The notes beneath the pieces are model-generated. The model did no database searches. It was not told the DNA's origin and saw only the letters and a program-made list of their open reading frames with translations. Both the position numbers and the translations under genes were made by a program. A stretch of DNA of 63,980 nt, filler included, from Pelomyxa schiedti (taxonomy: Eukaryota > Protista > Evosea), in assembly GCA_020536535.1 (NCBI GenBank). It is 7 parts of 7 records of this genome, joined end to end, with 100 filler letters (N's around TTAATTAATTAA, not from the genome) between each part and the next. Parts side by side here need not be neighbours in the genome. Positions count along the whole stretch, not along the records: positions 59,453 to 60,454 come from JAHLWZ010003035.1; positions 60,555 to 62,823 come from JAHLWZ010002045.1; positions 62,924 to 63,980 come from JAHLWZ010002914.1; 4 more parts are not named here. One strand, written 5' to 3'. Shown here piece by piece: positions 59,791 to 63,980 of the stretch (its first letter is position 1; the number at the start of each line of letters is the position of its first letter).

Positions 59791-60160
59791 ACATTGGGTG
59801 GGCTTCAGCAGGACCCTCTACGCCGTGCTCAAAGTAGTCCCCTTCGTCGCCATCGCCATCGCCATCACCGCCGCCGCCGTCGGCGAGGACTTCATCCTCG
59901 GCCTCCTCCTCCTCAGCGACCACCTCGGGGCCGTTTCCAACGCCACCGAGTGCCGCCTTCATCGCGTCCAAGAGCGACGCCGAAGCAGAAGAAGACGACG
60001 ACGGCGACGACAAGTCGTCGCTCGCCGCGGGTGTAGCCGCCGCCGTAGTCGCGGGCGCCGTAGAAGTGGTTGTTGTTGTTGTTGGTGCTGCCGCCGTTTC
60101 TGTCTGGGGATCTGGCTGCTGTGTCGTCGTGGTGCTGGCTGGTGTCGCTGTTTCGGACAT
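59453..60160 (-). CDS. 5' part of a hypothetical protein with an acidic, low-complexity N-terminus
   Basis: MSETATPASTTT... ORF followed by short exons; cut by the scaffold end. Confidence 0.55.
59712..59789. repeat. (GCCGAC)13 coding microsatellite encoding Ser-Ala repeats on the minus strand
   Basis: Direct read. Confidence 0.9.
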
Positions 60161-60554
60161 TGTTGGGGGTGTTTTTTTTTTAAAAAGAAAAGCTCTGAGA
60201 ATTTTGGGTAATTTAGAGAAGAATCTTTTGGGTAATTTATCTGTTAGTTTTTTCCTAGCCCAGATAACAACGAGAATGACTGGAGTCACCTTGCCTGGTA
60301 TCAAGGACATATGGTGGCCACCAATCACGGTACGGCAGGTGAGGTAGGTACGCCAGTGGCGTGTATGAACCTGTCAGGAATGCCCATGTGTCCTGGAACT
60401 CTTGGTATATCTCGGCATCACCAGAGCTTGAACTGGGTGTATGGGTGTACATTANNNNNNNNNNNNNNNNNNNNNNNNNNNNNNNNNNNNNNNNNNNNTT
60501 AATTAATTAANNNNNNNNNNNNNNNNNNNNNNNNNNNNNNNNNNNNNNNNNNNN

Positions 60555-60945
60555 GCCTGATGGCTCCCTGTCAACAATTCACATTAACATGAGTGCAAAC
60601 ACGTTCTACCTTGTGAATTCCGTCACCCACGAAAGGCACTCCTTTCCTGATCTCCACTACACCACTGTCATTGACCAGAGCCACTTGTATGTTGCACCAT
60701 GGTCAGCAATGACCAACTACCAGGTGTATCACACCAGCAACCTGTTGGAACCATCGCTTCGTGTTCCTTCCACTTGGTCATCTCCCTGCCGTTCCGGACT
60801 TGTATGCTCCACAACACAACATCGGGATCAGATGGACGGCGTCACTCAAGTCACGTTTGAAGTTCGTGATGGTGTCACTGGCTTTCTCTTGGGTGTCTTC
60901 CCTGTACCCCTGCACCATCCATTCCATTTTTCAACCCTGGAGTAA
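60555..60945 (+). CDS. 3' part of a header-family gene, close paralog of 61023-62227
   Basis: NTFYLVNSVTHERHSFPDLHYTTVIDQSH shared. Confidence 0.8.
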
Positions 60946-61022
60946 ATGGGACAATAAAACACACTCAGTGAGTGAATTTCCCGAAAGCGGGAATATCAAT
61001 GATCAAAACAATAAAACGAACG

Positions 61023-62227
61023 ATGAACACCACAACGACAGGTAAGGCACAGGCGTTAGCAGTTTGTTGTGCCGGCGTCGTGCGCGCCCCGCCGCCGTCG
61101 CTGGCGACTAATAGGGCACCCATAATGGCACCGTCGCTGCGTGGGCTCGATCGGAGTCGTTCAGAGTGTGGGCCGACGACTGGGTCCTGAGACCCACTGC
61201 TGATGCCGTTTTTCCTCTTCCAATCATGAAGGACCCCCACGGCGACGGTGACGATGACGATGACGATGAGGACAAGGCTGGGCGGGTGGTGTTTGTCCTG
61301 CACGTGAGCGTGTCTCCCACAATGGGGGTTGTGAGCCACTCGTGGTTCACCACCGCATTGGGCGATGTGTGGGGCTGCATTGGCCACGACCGCATTTTGG
61401 TGTCGAACCCTTGCTGGAGCCGCATGACCATGAAATTCTCAGTTGTGAATTCATCTGGAAAGGTCGTCGACCCGTTGATTTGGGAGGGTGGAATTGGTGC
61501 AGGGGTGTCTTTGCCTTCTACATGTTGCAACAGGAATTGGATCGTATCAGCTGTAAAAAAGGGGGAGTTGCTCCTTTGGAAGGTTGTGGGGAGTTGTGGC
61601 TGTGGTGAGCCAACTGTGGTTGGTCCTAAATATGTGCCCCATGGAACGAATTCCACAAATGTGGCACTTTCGTGCTGGAGTTGTGATGTTGGAATGGTGC
61701 TCCCTCAAGACACAGAGGGCGAAGTTCTGTTCATTGACTTGGAATCCACTTTCAAAAGGGGCGAATTGGTGGAAGCATCACCGAGGATCTTTTGCCACGA
61801 TACGTGGCCATGTGATGTCCTTTTTTTTCCTGATGGCTCTGCGTCAACAATCCACATTGACATGAGGGCAAACACGTTCTACCTTGTGAATTCCGTCACC
61901 CACGAAAGGCACTCCTTTCCTGATCTCCACTACACCACTGTCATTGACCAGAGCCACATTATGGTTGCACAATGGTCAGCAATGACCAACTACCAAGTGT
62001 ATCACACCAGCAACCTGTTGGAGCCATCACTTTGTGTTCCTTCCACTTGGGCATCTCCCTGCCATTCTCAACTTTCACTCATTTGCTCCACAACAAAACC
62101 GGAAAGTGATATGAGTGGTGTAACTCAAGTCAAGTTTGAAGTTCGTGATGGTGCCACTGGCATTCTCTTGGGTGTCTTCCCTGTACCCATTCACCCTCCA
62201 TTCTGTTTTACAACAATGAGTGAGTAG
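61023..62227 (+). pseudogene. Header-family gene with an apparent frameshift at ~61115
   Basis: GKAQALAV in one frame, then AWARSESFRVWADDWVLRP..VSVSPTMGVV in the frame of the 353-aa ORF. Confidence 0.65.
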
Positions 62228-62705
62228 CCATGTCTATCCACTGTAAAGTAGTCCTTCTTTTTTGCTTTGTTTGTTTACACAACACACAACATGAAACATG
62301 AAAATGGCATCGTGATGGCATCGTGTGCCCTCGAAACACATTCATCAGATCTTTGGCCAAAAAAACACAAAAAAAAGAAAAAGGAGGCGGCTGTGTACTG
62401 TTGGAGATGTCATCGCAAGAGATGGGAAGTAGCTGTAGCTGATCATTCTCGGAAAAAGGGCTATAACGAAGCGCGGAGCCAGGCGGCTTTGTTGTGCGAG
62501 CGTCTGACGTGACTGGGGTCTACATACTCTTACATCATGGTCTGTGGTTTCTATTATCCCTCTTTGATAAAGAGGCGCAGAGAGTAAGTTTTCTCCTCTT
62601 CGTCCATCAACGTTGGTTTGTAAATTCAACTAAACAAAACTTTTTATTCATTTTTACACAGGGTAATGCATATAAACATGTGGGGGGGGGGGTTGAGTTT
62701 TGTCT

Positions 62706-62823
62706 CTAAAGAATGCTGCAACCACCCCTCCTTTGCTTCTGCTTTGTTGGTCTTGGATTCATGGCATCAATGAGCTTGACGAGGTCCAGGAATACCCTGT
62801 CCACGTTGGTCATTGCCCTCGCA
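62706..62823 (-). CDS. C-terminal end of a Ras/Rap-family GTPase
   Basis: ARAMTNVDRVFLDLVKLI..KQKQRRGGCSIL* (polybasic stretch plus CAAX). Confidence 0.8.
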
Positions 62824-63023
62824 NNNNNNNNNNNNNNNNNNNNNNNNNNNNNNNNNNNNNNNNNNNNTTAATTAATTAANNNNNNNNNNNNNNNNNNNNN
62901 NNNNNNNNNNNNNNNNNNNNNNNAGGCAGTATTCAACAGGCTCATCTCAGCCTGTAAGTGATTTTCCTTTTTATCTTGTCTTGTGTCTTACGCGGTTCTA
63001 GTATTGTATAAACTGTATGTTAG

Positions 63024-63964
63024 AGCTTCACCAACAACAACAACAGATACACAGCGGCGGCTGCACCCCAAACAACAACAACAGCAACAGCAACAGCAAC
63101 GCACCCGGGGGGGGGGGCCGGCCCTCTCGTTCCAGCAGCAACAGCAGCTCTTGGCCCATCTCCGCGCTGGTCTCGCCCCCTCTTCCTTGTCGTCCAACTC
63201 AAACAATGAGAACCAGAACCCCCCATCGGTCGGCAGCCCTAACCCCATTCCCATCACCCCGCCTACCAATCAGTCCGGTGGGGCGATGATGATAGGTCAA
63301 CAACAACAACAGCAGGGCTCGTCGTCGTCGTCGTGCCCCGCGACTCCCCAACAGCAGCAACAGCAAGCCGGGGGGCTCGACCCCCACATGCAGAGCCTCG
63401 TCGCCGCCGTCGCACGGCAGCAGCAGCAGCTACAACAGCAGCAGCAGCAACAACAACAAGGGGGGCCGACAGGGGGCAACGGCGGCGGCGTCGGCGGGGG
63501 GGGAATGAGAACAAACAGTAACGGGTCGGGGGCCGCGGCATCCGCAACGGGCGGAAGCAACAACAACAACAACAACAACATGGTGGTGGGGGGGATAAAC
63601 ATGGGGATGGGGATGGGCCCCGGAGGAATGACGATGGGGCTGGGGATGGGGATGGGGATGGGTGCCAACCCCAACATCGTCAACAGCAACAGCAACAACA
63701 ACACGGGTAGCGGCGGGGGGAACGGGAGTGCCAACAACAACGGGAATGCACTGAGCTCAGGGAACACCGGGAGTCTGAGCAGCGGCGGCGGCGGTGGTGG
63801 TGGTGGTGGAGGAGGAGGGAACGGGGGCAGTAATATTATGGGCATGCAACAGCAGCAATTGAATGGAAGTACTGGCGGCAACAACAGCAGCAACCCAGGG
63901 GGGGATATGGTTAAAATGTTGAACGCAATGGGCCTCTCCCATTTTTTCTCCATGCAACCTTCAG
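63024..63964 (+). CDS. Internal exon of a Q/G/N/M-rich low-complexity protein
   Basis: ~940-nt open frame between AG and GT sites encoding poly-Q, poly-G, poly-N and MGMG repeats. Confidence 0.65.
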
Positions 63965-63980
63965 GTAGGTGTTGCTTGTT

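Noticed and set aside
59672-60211. Poly-Arg, Pro-Thr and Asp-Ala ORFs on the plus strand
   Set aside because: Alternative frames of the (GCCGAC)13 microsatellite; the minus-strand frame has the ATG and splice context

Overview
Eukaryotic, intron-rich protist DNA. Inference from gene content and a recurring intronless gene family: an anaerobic amoebozoan, most likely Pelomyxa-like. The window is seven unrelated scaffolds joined by artificial N-TTAATTAATTAA-N linkers (7337, 16633, 44245, 59397, 60499, 62868), with internal 100-N gaps flanked by duplicated sequence. Genes were spliced by hand, so exon boundaries are approximate and family assignments come from motif recognition, not database searches. 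Main content: (1) two independent beta-propeller + F-box + small-GTPase fusion genes (Rho-Kelch-F-box and RCC1-F-box-Arf), both lacking the catalytic switch-II glutamine; (2) a 9.2-kb scaffold that is a degenerate palindrome, centred on two convergent copies of a GH3 glycosidase 5' half that share one central 3' half (possible invertible switch), with ankyrin/F-box relics and an interstitial (TTAGGG)4; (3) about ten members of an intronless family with a conserved N-terminal header and a variable body, partly tandem and mosaic; (4) an LRR gene with one repeat per symmetric exon; (5) a TPR-kinase, a Rab32-like GTPase, a TSET TTRAY1-like WD40 protein, a TPR-DUF2135 protein, a giant-virus-like protein next to a Crinkler-type NTPase-nuclease, an MFS transporter, an EFR1-type flavodoxin-ferredoxin, a PH-C1-SARAH-like protein and low-complexity genes. 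No rRNA, tRNA, CRISPR array or recognisable transposase was found.
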